NCBI GenBank assembly: GCA_965208325.1
Contig: OZ242326.1
Coordinates: 672,001 to 736,000, forward strand
Reading direction: 5' to 3'
Source of the DNA: Candidatus Poribacteria bacterium
Lineage (GTDB): Bacteria > Poribacteria > WGA-4E > PCPOR2b
DNA: 64,000 nucleotides
Position 1 is the first letter of the stretch. Every line of letters begins with the position of its first letter. The translations under genes and the position numbers were made by a program. This document shows positions 50,217-60,509 of the stretch, in pieces. The notes beneath the pieces were generated by a model, which searched no databases, was not told where the DNA came from, and saw nothing but the letters and a program-made list of their open reading frames with translations.

Positions 50217-52436
50217 TCACTCTCGCGCTTCTGCTTGTGTATTCAAATTCAGCCTTCTTGAGACGGTCAGTATTGACTTGATTACGACAATTGCCGGAAA
50301 GGCGAGGAGTACGCCCCAAAAGCCGAACACAGTTGCGCCGAATATCACGGTGAACATTATCACCAGCGGATCGACATTTATGGCTCTGCTCATGACTTTC
50401 GGCGAGATTAGTGAGTTGTCAATCGCTTGTATACCAAAAATTGCGCCCAACAGAATTGCAATCCGAAATAGCAAACCAATCGAATCAAAATCGCCGGCAG
50501 CGAACCCCATCAGCAGCGAGAGAATGGCAACGCCGCCTCCGATAAATGGCCCAAAAGTAGGAATAGCATTGCACAGTCCCGCGAGCAATCCAATGACCAG
50601 CGCGAACGGCACACCGATGATTGAATACACCACTACTGAAATGATACCGATGATAAAACTGACGGCAACCTGTCCCCGCAAGAATGACTCCATAGTACGG
50701 TTAATCTCTGTCAGATATAACCTCACAATAGTGCGATGCCTATCGGGAAACAGATTTACCAAATCTTGTGTATATCGGTTGAACGATTGGCCCGCGTAAA
50801 TAAAGACAATGAGCGCCAAGAATACCGTCGCTAAGAATCCGCCGAATCCGAAAGCAATAGTTGAGAATTTCGTGACAAACTTCACGATGGATTCGCCGAC
50901 TGTGCGCGCCAATCCAGAAAATCTTTCGGTTAACTCACCTTGTAACAAATTGGCAAAATTCGTGCCCCCAACTGATTTGAGCAACTGACTGTCTTTCAGA
51001 TCGGCGAGGACCCCTCGTTTCGCACTCACACCTGTGAAGCGCCAATCAGCGGGATTGGTTCTGCGATAGATCCCGCGGCGATTACCCGCATAAATTGTAC
51101 CGTGTTGAGGCAGCGAAGCCAGTAGAGGAACTGATGACGGAGTTGGCTCGAGTGACGCCTCGATTGGTTGCCACTGTGCGTGATTCTGCAAAATTCGGAG
51201 CCTAATTTGCGACATCGTCTCGTCTAAATGAGCGTTCAAGTCGAACAGCCACTCATAAATCCCGTTCGATGTCCCCGCAAAGAGCCGTTCATGTGCTACA
51301 GCGAGCGCATGAATTTCCGCATCGCCGAGTCCTGCCGGTGTAATGGGCGTCCAAGTCTTACCTTCGTCGACACTTTTATACACGCCTAAATTAGAAGCAA
51401 CAAATACGGATTTTGTACCCTTGGCTGAACAGGCAACACTCAATATGGAAATTTCACCTTGAGACACTCCGGTATATTCATCAACACGCACCTCCTCCCA
51501 AGTTGCGCCGCGATCGGTGCTGGAATAAAGTCCAGTGTCAGTTCCCACATACAACTGCGCGAGATTCCATGAAGGTATTGCAATCGCTTGAATAGATTTT
51601 CCAGCGAAAGCGTCTGTTCCGATCTGTACCCACGTGGTGATGTCTGTTTCCATATTGTCCGTGGTTTTAGGTACATACAACCCCTGTGCCGTGCCGACGT
51701 GAATCTGATGGTCGCCTGTTCCCACAGCAACCGCTTGAATGGACTGTCCAATCAAAACTCCCCCGGTTATGTCCTCAGGCCGGTTTTTACCATCCGCAAA
51801 GCGGTAGATACCGTGTGTTGTTCCGAGGTAAACTATGTTAGAACCGTCAGGTTGGCGGTGAACGGCGACTGCGTGGTATTCATTGCCAATTGCGAACGGC
51901 AACATATGGTTGTAGAATCTCACCAATCCGCTAACCATGTCCCTCGATTGCCTGCTGACCTGTGGTATTATGTACAGCAATAACATAGCGAACACCCCAA
52001 GGGTCAAGGCAGTTAGGACTACGCGGGCTGTCCTCCGGGACAGATGCAAACGCCTGCCCCGTGTCAGCGGAATATCCTGTATGGTGTTGAGCAAAAATCG
52101 GAAGAAGTAAGCGAAGCCAAACCCCAGAATGAATGGTAACAAGATATTCGACAAGTTTATGAACAACCAGATACTTACCATGGCGAGCAGAACTTTGACC
52201 ACGCTCTTAACCTCTACTTGCCGATAGATGGAGGACAAGAGAAAGATAAGCAGAATCGGAACCATAGGATGCAATAGCAGAATCCTTTCCCCACCCGAAC
52301 CTTTTCCCTCTGGCCCGATAAAGTAGGCAAACGCAACCCAACCCGCCGCAAGCACAACGGTAATAATGGCATAGACGGAACCGTTTGCCGTCCCTTCATT
52401 TGAGTGTGATTGATCACCAGGGGAACTGTTCGTCAT
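50217..52436 (-). CDS. AI-2E (PerM/UPF0118) transporter with an inserted Asp-box beta-propeller
   Basis: LLPFILGFGFAY ... FLRGQ, NAIPTFGP, DNSLISPKVM, FGFWGVLLAFP; ~285-aa insert with YSSTDRGATW and YKSVDEGKTW. Confidence 0.88.
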   Translation of the reverse strand: MTNSSPGDQSHSNEGTANGSVYAIITVVLAAGWVAFAYFIGPEGKGSGGERILLLHPMVPILLIFLLSSIYRQVEVKSVVKVLLAMVSIWLFINLSNILLPFILGFGFAYFFRFLLNTIQDIPLTRGRRLHLSRRTARVVLTALTLGVFAMLLLYIIPQVSRQSRDMVSGLVRFYNHMLPFAIGNEYHAVAVHRQPDGSNIVYLGTTHGIYRFADGKNRPEDITGGVLIGQSIQAVAVGTGDHQIHVGTAQGLYVPKTTDNMETDITTWVQIGTDAFAGKSIQAIAIPSWNLAQLYVGTDTGLYSSTDRGATWEEVRVDEYTGVSQGEISILSVACSAKGTKSVFVASNLGVYKSVDEGKTWTPITPAGLGDAEIHALAVAHERLFAGTSNGIYEWLFDLNAHLDETMSQIRLRILQNHAQWQPIEASLEPTPSSVPLLASLPQHGTIYAGNRRGIYRRTNPADWRFTGVSAKRGVLADLKDSQLLKSVGGTNFANLLQGELTERFSGLARTVGESIVKFVTKFSTIAFGFGGFLATVFLALIVFIYAGQSFNRYTQDLVNLFPDRHRTIVRLYLTEINRTMESFLRGQVAVSFIIGIISVVVYSIIGVPFALVIGLLAGLCNAIPTFGPFIGGGVAILSLLMGFAAGDFDSIGLLFRIAILLGAIFGIQAIDNSLISPKVMSRAINVDPLVIMFTVIFGATVFGFWGVLLAFPAIVVIKSILTVSRRLNLNTQAEARE

Positions 52437-52562
52437 TCTGACGTTATGACAACCTATGTATTAGGTGTATTTCAAATGAGTGGAGTGCTACTATTGCATC
52501 CTGAGCCGAATTTAAGCGAACAACACCAATATAAAAGTCAAGCAGATTGCAGAAAACAAATG

Positions 52563-52590
52563 CACACCCCTGGTCATGACCTGGGGTGTG
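52563..52590. repeat. 28-bp near-perfect palindrome
   Basis: CACACCCC-T-GGTCATGACC-T-GGGGTGTG (single T/T mismatch). Confidence 0.6.
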
Positions 52591-52672
52591 ACTAGAAGTA
52601 GTCATTATGAAATCGAAGTTCCTAACAACGCCTTTTTTAACCGCAACAGATAGGGCGACTTTTGAAACTCAT

Positions 52673-54283
52673 TTAGGCGGTAGCAGCCTCACGTTCCGAA
52701 GTACCACCATTTTCGAGAGTCTCGACAACGCCAGCACCAACGCTGTCGCCCCAAACATTGACCGTCGTTCGGAATCGGTCTAGCAGCCAATCGATTGTCA
52801 GAATAAGCCCAATCCCTTCAATCGGCAGGTCGACGGCTCTGAGGACAATAACCATTGTGACAAGCCCAGCCTCGGGAATCCCGGCGGCGCCAATTGCCGC
52901 GAGGGTAGCTGTCAGAACAATAACTGTCTGTTCTGCTGGTCCTAGGTGAATTCCGTACACCTGTGCGATAAACATTGCGGCAACTGCTTCATAAAGGGCG
53001 GTCCCGTCCATGTTAATCGTAGCGCCGAGCGGCAGGACAAAACTTGCAGTTCGGTTTGAAACCTTATTTTCCTTTTCGACATCCCTCATGGATAACGGCA
53101 GCGTCGCGGACGAGGAAGCTGTCGAAAAAGCGTTCAATAGCGCGGTACTCATGCCCTTCGCGTACCTTAGCGGATTCCTTCGTGCAACTATTAACAGGAT
53201 AAGTGGCAATACAACAAAACCGTGCACGCCAAGTCCAAACACGACGGTAAAACTATACTTACCGACCGCCATCAGCTCGGGCAGGAAATCCTTAAATCCG
53301 CCAGCGTGACCAATACGCCCGGCGACGAGTCCAAAGATGCCGACAGGGGCGAGAACCATAATCCAGTGCACCAATCTCATCACCGCCTCATTCAAGCCCG
53401 AAATAACACTTATAGCGGGGCGACCTTGATCGCCGAGAATTGAAAGTGCAGCGCCAATTAATAACGAGAAGAAGATCAGCGGCAAGATATCCATTCGTGC
53501 CATTGCGTTGAAGACGTTGTTGGGAATCATTCCTTCTTTTCCTGTCGATTTGTCTCCAAGCAGCACCTCTTTTAGCGTTCCACCCATATCCCGTTCTTCT
53601 TTACCCTGGACTTCTTGCGCAACGGGCAATTTTATCTCTAGCCCTCTTCCATTCTGTGATAATACAGGATCGGCGGAAACTACCTCTCCGTTCACGCGGC
53701 GGAACGGTAGATGCTCGCCGCTATCGGTTGCAATATGGAACACGCCTTCTGCCCTGTTTTTCCAAGATTTCACCGTCGCGGAATTCTTAGTCATGGATTC
53801 GATTTCGCCCTCTACTAGCTGATCAGGCAACCTCAGGACGTATTTTTCACTATAACGTGACCTTTTCCAATGGCCGTCTGTCAGGTTGACGGTACGGTTA
53901 CCATCACCGCCAAGTGTATACGCCAACTCTGGATTCTTTTCGCCGTGTGAGATGCCTTTACCGGGTTGAACGATGTTGACCAGAATAATGCCAATCAACA
54001 CTGAAATTGCGGTAGTCGCCATATAGTAGAGAACTGTGCGCCCACCGATGGACCCAAGGTTACGTATATCGCCCAAGCCAGTAATCCCAACAACCATTGA
54101 GAGCATGACAAGCGGAACAACAATCATCTTCAGTGCATTTAAGAAAATCTCGCCGAGAATGGACGTTTTTGCAGCAATATTGGGCAGCCAACCACCGATA
54201 ATTATTCCGACGACAATGGCGACTATGATGCCAATGAGGATTTTGTGTCCTCCGCTATTTTCGGCATGTGCGTTATGATTCAT
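52673..54283 (-). CDS. Dicarboxylate/amino acid:cation symporter (DAACS, GltP-like)
   Basis: FLNALKMIVVPLV, FSTASSSATLP, PLGATINMDGTALY, DRFRTTVNVWGD. Confidence 0.95.
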   Translation of the reverse strand: MNHNAHAENSGGHKILIGIIVAIVVGIIIGGWLPNIAAKTSILGEIFLNALKMIVVPLVMLSMVVGITGLGDIRNLGSIGGRTVLYYMATTAISVLIGIILVNIVQPGKGISHGEKNPELAYTLGGDGNRTVNLTDGHWKRSRYSEKYVLRLPDQLVEGEIESMTKNSATVKSWKNRAEGVFHIATDSGEHLPFRRVNGEVVSADPVLSQNGRGLEIKLPVAQEVQGKEERDMGGTLKEVLLGDKSTGKEGMIPNNVFNAMARMDILPLIFFSLLIGAALSILGDQGRPAISVISGLNEAVMRLVHWIMVLAPVGIFGLVAGRIGHAGGFKDFLPELMAVGKYSFTVVFGLGVHGFVVLPLILLIVARRNPLRYAKGMSTALLNAFSTASSSATLPLSMRDVEKENKVSNRTASFVLPLGATINMDGTALYEAVAAMFIAQVYGIHLGPAEQTVIVLTATLAAIGAAGIPEAGLVTMVIVLRAVDLPIEGIGLILTIDWLLDRFRTTVNVWGDSVGAGVVETLENGGTSEREAATA

Positions 54284-54519
54284 TTACTAATCTCCGATGT
54301 TGACCCCTGAGGGTAGTGTGAGTTTTAATTATTCGCGGCGCGACCACACTTGCATCGCCCGCTATAATTATACTATTTCCATTGCCTACTGAAGTTTATG
54401 TCGGACAAAATCGTAGGTTTTGTCCAACGGAAGCGCCATTTCAACCAAAGAAACCGATTTTCGCGGATGCCTGTAGCGGCCTACAAGGTGACTGGCGCCT
54501 GTCACTCCGTTGAGCCTAT

Positions 54520-55200
54520 GACGTATCGGAATATACTTCTTATACACTCTTATACACGCCTTAGAACCTGTTTGAAGTGTCCAAATCCGTCTTCCGAACA
54601 AGCCACATCGGGGTAAATGCCTTGAAATTCCGATGATTATTGCCCTGAAATGACCGAACAACGGCTCTGCTACATACTTTTCAAACAAGTTCTAACCATG
54701 GTTTTTTACCTGGTAGCCATTTTGGATTGGTTTTCCCGTTATGTGTTGTCATGGGAACAGTCACACTCACTTGATGTATTATTTTTTCTATCGGATTTGG
54801 AACGAGTCCTTACTCAATCAATTCCTTTAATCTTTAACAACGACCAAGGTAGGCAGTGTTCTTTCGAGGCGTTTACTGCAAGACTTGAGGTATCTAACAT
54901 TGCCATTAGGTGGAACGGCAGAGGCAGCTATTATGAAAATATCTTGATTGAACGATGCTGGCATGGTGTCAAGTATGAGGAGGAATATCTTAACGGCTAT
55001 GACTCAATGAACACGGCTCAGCGTCGATTAAGAGATTATTTCAACTTTTACAACCGAGAGCGGTCTCATCAATTGATGGGTTACCGTACGCCCTACGAGG
55101 TGTATTTTCACTAACTTCAGGCGTTGAATATTGACCAGAATTAGTCGGACTTTATTGCTTAAATCTCGTTGATTTCTGTCTAATGGACAGGGGTAATTTA
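54520..55200 (+). pseudogene. IS3-family transposase remnant (integrase core), frameshifted and interrupted by a MITE
   Basis: (YTRLNHGF)/YLVAILDWFSRYVLSW...IFNNDQGRQ...GRG.YYENILIER...VKYEE.YL...YFNFYNRERSHQ.MGYRTPYEVY; probable right end near 55175-55200. Confidence 0.85.
54564..54692. mobile_element. 129-bp MITE with 13-bp terminal inverted repeats and flanking TA
   Basis: TA-GAACCTGTTTGAA...TTCAAACAAGTTC-TA (1 mismatch); removing it restores cgc ctt aac cat ggt ttt (RLNHGF). Confidence 0.8.
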
Positions 55201-55281
55201 TCTGTGACGCCGCTTGTTTTGCTTTTCTTTCTCAATACGCCATTCCAATCTATATCGCAACAGTGACACCAGGGCTAAACG

Positions 55282-56043
55282 CTAATGTTGCAACGTCTGT
55301 GAGATGAAGAGTTTTGTGCGTTCGTGCTTTGGGTTATCGAAGAAATCCGCAGGGGGGGCTTCCTCTACGATCATTCCTTCGTCGAAGAAAAGGATTCGAT
55401 CTGCGACTTCACGTGCAAATCCCATTTCGTGCGTAACAACAAGCATTGTCATACCGGAGTGCGCGAGTTCGCGCATCACATCGAGGACTTCTGTGATCAT
55501 TTCCGGGTCGAGTGCGCTTGTCGGTTCATCGAAAAGCATTATCTTTGGCTCCATCGCTAATGCTCTCGCGATTGCGACACGTTGCTGTTGTCCACCAGAT
55601 ATTTCCGCGGGATACTTGGACGCTTGATCCGCAATATCCACCCGTTCCAGAAGTGATAAGGCTATTACTTCTGCCTCACTCTTCGACATCTTTCTGACTC
55701 GGATCGGACCTAAGGTTATATTTTGTAGGTTCGTCAGGTGCGGAAATAGGTTGAACTGTTGAAACACCATACCGACTTCTTGACGGATAAGATTGATTTT
55801 ACGGAGGTCGTCGCTCAGTTCTACGCCATCAACGATTATTGTACCGCGCTGATGTTCCTCCAATCGGTTTAACGATCTGATGAATGTCGATTTCCCTGAT
55901 CCAGAGGGACCGCATATTACGGCTCGTTCGCCTTTTTGGAACGAAGTCGTAATTCCCCTGAGGACGTGGAAATCGTCAAACCATTTATGTACATCCTCAC
56001 AGGTGATGATTGGATCGTTCGATGCGTTTTCAAGATTAGCCAT
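55282..56043 (-). CDS. aapP: Amino acid ABC transporter ATP-binding protein
   Basis: [56 protein letters not shown]. Confidence 0.9.
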   Translation of the reverse strand: MANLENASNDPIITCEDVHKWFDDFHVLRGITTSFQKGERAVICGPSGSGKSTFIRSLNRLEEHQRGTIIVDGVELSDDLRKINLIRQEVGMVFQQFNLFPHLTNLQNITLGPIRVRKMSKSEAEVIALSLLERVDIADQASKYPAEISGGQQQRVAIARALAMEPKIMLFDEPTSALDPEMITEVLDVMRELAHSGMTMLVVTHEMGFAREVADRILFFDEGMIVEEAPPADFFDNPKHERTKLFISQTLQH

Positions 56044-56061
56044 CTCTTTATATTCCTTTTT

Positions 56062-56178
56062 AATAGCCGTCAGCCGTTGGCAATCAGTTGTCAGCCAGAG
56101 AGCGTTGTGGAAATTACATGAGTTTGTAACGGGCGCGACGATCTACTGACTACTGAATGCCGAGAGTTGATGGCTATT
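56062..56178. repeat. Long imperfect inverted repeat of heptamer-like units
   Basis: 33-nt arms at 56062-56094 and 56146-56178; several mismatches are G-U compatible. Confidence 0.6.
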
Positions 56179-56179
56179 C

Positions 56180-57388
56180 CTAAGTTTTTCCAACACCGAG
56201 TGATGTCTCGATTTGCTGGCTCACATAAGACATCAAATAACAGAACACAAAATAGATTACTGCGACGAATAGGTATACTTCAGCTTGAAGTCCGAGCCAG
56301 TCAGGATTGGCAATAACGATTTTCGCTATCCCCAAAAGATCCAGCAGACCGACAATTGTAACGAGAGATGTATCCTTGAAAAGTGCTATGAATTGTCCAA
56401 CAATCGCGGGTATGACTGAACGAAGCGCTTGCGGTAAGACGATAAACAGTGTTGACTGCACGTAGTTGAGTCCTAATGCTTGTGCAGCCTCGTGTTGCCC
56501 TCTCGGAATTGCTTGAAGTCCACCTCGCACGTTCTCCGCCATGTAAGCGGCGGAGAAGAAAGTAAGTGCCAACATGGCACGTAAGACTTTGTCGAGACGA
56601 ACATCCGGCATGAAAATGGGAATCATGATTTGTGCCATGAACAGAATTGTTATTAACGGCACGCCGCGAATTATCTCAATATAGGCAATTGAGACCCATT
56701 TGACAGCCGGTAAAGAGCTCCGCCGTCCTAACGCCAGCAGGACTCCGAGAGGAAAACAGAAGCAGATACCGACAGCCGCCAAAATTAGCGTCAGAAGGAG
56801 TCCACCCCAATTCGTTGTGGGAACAGCGTTCTCGCCGAAGCCCCGTAGCATTATCAGCGTCCAAGGGAAGGAGAGTATCCATCCCACAAGTACCCAACGG
56901 CGCATTTTGAGTAAAAAGTCTCGACTGCGGATCCCAACGAAAAATAGAGCTGCGATCAAGGCTACGCTGCCCAGTATCCACCCCCGTGTTGTCCAGCTGA
57001 AGGTTGCCATGTCAACCGGTAGAAGGGCACATACGATTCCGGCCCCTCCGATACCGACGGCAAATCTGAGTGTCAGTCCACCCCAAATGCCGCCGCTTAG
57101 CCCCGCCAAGACACATACCGTATAAAGCACAATCCAGACCCGCCATATTTCGGTTTTCGGATAAGGACCGACTAAAAAAAGCCGCAGGTTGGCAGGGATA
57201 ACATCCCAATTTGCATCTGTGAATGCCCAAACCAAAATCCCCTTCAGGACAAAGTACACGATGCCCAAGGCGAAAAGGGTTAATAAGGTGTTGTACCATG
57301 TACTAAAAAGGTTTTCCTTAAGCCACGGCAACACCGCTTTTGAGCTATGAGGTGGTTTAACTTCTTGCTTATGTTCTAACTCAGACAC
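56180..57388 (-). CDS. aapM: Amino acid ABC transporter permease
   Basis: WLKENLFSTWYN, WGGLLLT, IRGVPLI, AYMAENVRGGLQAIPRGQ. Confidence 0.88.
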   Translation of the reverse strand: MSELEHKQEVKPPHSSKAVLPWLKENLFSTWYNTLLTLFALGIVYFVLKGILVWAFTDANWDVIPANLRLFLVGPYPKTEIWRVWIVLYTVCVLAGLSGGIWGGLTLRFAVGIGGAGIVCALLPVDMATFSWTTRGWILGSVALIAALFFVGIRSRDFLLKMRRWVLVGWILSFPWTLIMLRGFGENAVPTTNWGGLLLTLILAAVGICFCFPLGVLLALGRRSSLPAVKWVSIAYIEIIRGVPLITILFMAQIMIPIFMPDVRLDKVLRAMLALTFFSAAYMAENVRGGLQAIPRGQHEAAQALGLNYVQSTLFIVLPQALRSVIPAIVGQFIALFKDTSLVTIVGLLDLLGIAKIVIANPDWLGLQAEVYLFVAVIYFVFCYLMSYVSQQIETSLGVGKT

Positions 57389-57418
57389 TTTTTGGTGTTC
57401 CTTTTACCTGTTGCCCTG

Positions 57419-58573
57419 TTATCGTCCAATACGGTTAATCCAGCGGTTGTACCAATTCATGCCCGCCGATGTTGTCAAGCTCATGATTAGGTAACTCACC
57501 ATAATCATCGCGAACACAGGTATAGATTGCCCCGTTTGAAGCATCATAGTATGACCGATACTAAACATATCAGGGAACCCAATCGCAATCGCTAAACTTG
57601 AGTTTTTGGCGAGGTTCAAATACTGGCTGGTGAGCGGCGGTACGATAATCGGGACCGCTTGGGGCAGAACGACTAAGCGTAATGTTTGTCCTTCACTTAA
57701 ACCTACCGCTCTCGCTGCTTCTCGTTGTCCCTTTACAACGGCTTGTATCCCGCTTCTCACGATTTCGGCGATGAATGCGCCTGTATAAACAGACAGCCCG
57801 ATTAAAAGTGCAGAGAACTCGGGGGACAGGTTCACTCCCCCGACAAAGTTGAAACCCTTCAAAACTGGAAATTCGAGCGTAAATGGCTTTTCCGGTGTTA
57901 GAAACCATCCCAAAATGGCGACGATTAGAAAGCCGGGAATTGCCCACTTGGCCCGAAAGCCGGGGCGTTCTAACTGTTTAAGTTGCCGCCAGCGTACGAT
58001 GTAAAGTACTGCTGCCAAAATTAGACCTGCGAGAAGGAATCCGCTCCATAATTTCAAGCTAGCTGTAGGTTCAGGTGAGGGGAAATAGAGCCCCCGTTGA
58101 TTAATGAACACACCTCCGGCTAGTGATATGCTCTCTCCGACTCTCGGGAGTTTCAGGATTACAGCACTGTACCAAAACAGTATTTGAAGGAGGAGTGGAA
58201 TGTTGCGGAAACATTCAACGTAAACGGCGGCTAAGGTTCGGATTAACCAGTTGCTGGAGAGGCGGGCGATGCCGGCAATAAACCCCAAAATCGTCGCGCA
58301 TATAATTCCTATGAAACTCACCTTTAGGGTGTTTACCACGCCCACCCAGAACGCTTTGAGGTACGTTTCTGAGGGTGAATATTCAATCCCTTCAGAGATG
58401 TCAAAACCGGCTTCATTCCCCAAAAAGTCAAGGTTGAGCGTTAACCCGAGCTTGCTCAACCCTCTTAACATGTTTGTGTAAAGAAGCCCCGCCAGCAGAA
58501 CGACGCCTATAAGGAAAAGGATTTGGAGCAGCACACGCAGGACGCGGACATCTCGCCAAAAGGGAATGTTCAT
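57419..58573 (-). CDS. aapQ: Amino acid ABC transporter permease
   Basis: FLGNEAGFDISE, ARLSSNWL, FRNIPLLLQ, AEIVRSGIQAV.KGQ, LAKNSSLA. Confidence 0.88.
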   Translation of the reverse strand: MNIPFWRDVRVLRVLLQILFLIGVVLLAGLLYTNMLRGLSKLGLTLNLDFLGNEAGFDISEGIEYSPSETYLKAFWVGVVNTLKVSFIGIICATILGFIAGIARLSSNWLIRTLAAVYVECFRNIPLLLQILFWYSAVILKLPRVGESISLAGGVFINQRGLYFPSPEPTASLKLWSGFLLAGLILAAVLYIVRWRQLKQLERPGFRAKWAIPGFLIVAILGWFLTPEKPFTLEFPVLKGFNFVGGVNLSPEFSALLIGLSVYTGAFIAEIVRSGIQAVVKGQREAARAVGLSEGQTLRLVVLPQAVPIIVPPLTSQYLNLAKNSSLAIAIGFPDMFSIGHTMMLQTGQSIPVFAMIMVSYLIMSLTTSAGMNWYNRWINRIGR

Positions 58574-58601
58574 AGGCTATAATGGTGGTGCCATGGATTC
58601 T

Positions 58602-58633
58602 GATGAATACCTCAGTTGGCTAAGGTATTCATC
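58602..58633. terminator. Stem-loop after aapJ (mRNA-stabilising or partial terminator)
   Basis: GATGAATACCT-N10-AGGTATTCATC, between the binding-protein gene and the first permease gene. Confidence 0.55.
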
Positions 58634-58665
58634 CGGTTATTCTCTTCTCTATGAGCAGTGTGCCC

Positions 58666-59682
58666 TTAACGGAAAGGCATGGCGTAAAGCAGCCCACCTC
58701 GTGTCCACGGTTCGTTGACCCCGCGGGGCAAGCCAAGCGGTGTGAGATTGCGTTCAAAGATTTCGCCATAGTTGCCAACAGCATTGATCACTTGATGTGC
58801 CCAATCCCGTGATAGACCGAGTTGTTTGCCTGTATCGCCGGATTTACCTAAAAAACGTTTAATCTCAGGGTTCCCGGTTTCAAAAGTGTTTAAATTGGCT
58901 TGTGTGATCCCGTGTTCTTCGGCGAAGAAGGTCGCATAAACCACCCAACTTACCACATCGTTCCACTTGTTATCACCGTGAACGGTGACGGGCCCCAACG
59001 GTTCTTTTGAGATTGTCGCATCAAGGATAACGTGCGCCTCCGGGTCCTTGAGAACTTGGCGGCGTGCAACCAATTGTGACTTATCAGAGGTCACGACGTC
59101 ACAGCGTCCCTGTTCATAACTGTTGTAAAGGGTATCAATCTCTTCAAAGACGACTGGATTAAAGTCGATGCCTAAGGCTCGCATCGTATCCGTCAAATTT
59201 AGCTCGGTAGTGCTACCCGCTGTTACACCGATACTCGCGCCTGCCAATTCCTCTAATGAGGTAATATTGAGGGCTTTGGGAAGCATAAATCCCTGCCCGT
59301 CATAGAAGGTTGGCGGTGCAAAGTCTGCGCCGACTTGGGTGTCACGGGTGAGCGTCCAAGTGGTGTTACGGATTAAGACATCTATCTCGCCTGTTTGCAG
59401 TGCCGGGAAACGTTCGGGTGCTTTCAAGGGGACGAATTCAACTTTGTCCGGATCGCCGAGGACAGCGGCAGCGATTGCCCTACCGTAGTCTGCATCGAAA
59501 CCGCTCCATTTTCCATCTTCACTTAAGAAACTGAAGCCGGATAATCCTCCGTGGACTCCGCATATCAGTTTGTTTCTCTTTTTAACTCTGTCAAGAATAC
59601 TCTCCTCACCTTGAGCGAGTCCTGGAACTACCAGTGTAATCGCTAAAACCAGTGTAGAAACGTTAGACAAAAATTTACGCAC
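58666..59682 (-). CDS. aapJ: Amino acid ABC transporter substrate-binding protein
   Basis: Signal peptide; RFPALQTGEIDVLIRNTTWTLTRD, FYDGQGF, ISKEPLGP, VGNYGEIFERNL, GGLLYAMPFR. Confidence 0.9.
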   Translation of the reverse strand: MRKFLSNVSTLVLAITLVVPGLAQGEESILDRVKKRNKLICGVHGGLSGFSFLSEDGKWSGFDADYGRAIAAAVLGDPDKVEFVPLKAPERFPALQTGEIDVLIRNTTWTLTRDTQVGADFAPPTFYDGQGFMLPKALNITSLEELAGASIGVTAGSTTELNLTDTMRALGIDFNPVVFEEIDTLYNSYEQGRCDVVTSDKSQLVARRQVLKDPEAHVILDATISKEPLGPVTVHGDNKWNDVVSWVVYATFFAEEHGITQANLNTFETGNPEIKRFLGKSGDTGKQLGLSRDWAHQVINAVGNYGEIFERNLTPLGLPRGVNEPWTRGGLLYAMPFR

Positions 59683-60079
59683 AAAAATCCCCTCCTTTTC
59701 GGTATGCCCCTATTGTAGAGGTCGTTTAGCTGAAACACCTTGATTTAAGGTCTATTATCATTGCTAATAACTCAACGTTTCGCTTTTTGCTCCTTTGTAA
59801 GATTGTTTGTTACGCTCTAATGCAACACAACACCAAAGAATGCGCACACAAAGATAACTATGGCAACAAGGGGCTTTGCCCTTCTCAACAAGATTGTTAC
59901 AGTATTCCTTTCTCGTTTTCACCTAAATCGTTCTCGGATATGAAAACAATCTACTACTATAGCATATCGATTTTTATTGTGCCAGAAAAACTTCTCCCGT
60001 GACATTCGATTGAAAATAGTAGATTAATTCGATCAAGTTTCTACAACAGCCAATCCATTATGACAACTGAACCGGCGGC

Positions 60080-60458
60080 GACTCAAGGAATTGATGGTCA
60101 AAGTCACTGACGCCAATGTCCGTAATAATCAGTAAGGCATCGAGTTACTAACAGAAGTGTTTAACCCGTACGTAACCATTCAGTTGGTGTGTGTCGATGC
60201 TGCCTATCGTGAAGAATTTGAAGACTGGTTATATTTTGCTCATCAACGTCAACGGGAGATTGCATCTACGCCTGGACAGCAGAGGTTTGAAGTTATCCCG
60301 TCACGGTGGATAGTTGATCGCACATTCATTTCGCTTGGTTGATTTCGTCGATTGACTTTGGATAATGAAGGATACTCTAACACTGCTGAGACTATGGTAT
60401 ACATCGCTTCCATCTACTTGATGCAAAATCCAATCAAATGATTTTAAAACGGCTCTTA
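60080..60458 (+). pseudogene. IS5-family transposase C-terminal remnant with a right inverted repeat
   Basis: LMVKVTDANV..*...VCVDAAY...FEVIPSRWIVDRTF..LG*FRRL...; internal stops; ends TTTTAAAACGGCTCTTA. Confidence 0.8.
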
Positions 60459-60509
60459 AAGATTCCATTTTCGATTTGTTGATGAGAGAGGGCATCCTAC
60501 CAGTCGTTC

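Noticed and set aside
50107..50799. Long antisense ORFs (here, and e.g. 12570-13211, 20358-20945)
   Set aside because: Shadow frames opposite well-supported genes
54561..60458. One IS5 composite transposon spanning the aap operon
   Set aside because: The left IR-like sequence pairs with its own partner at 54680-54692 (the MITE) and differs from the IS5 end near 60442-60458
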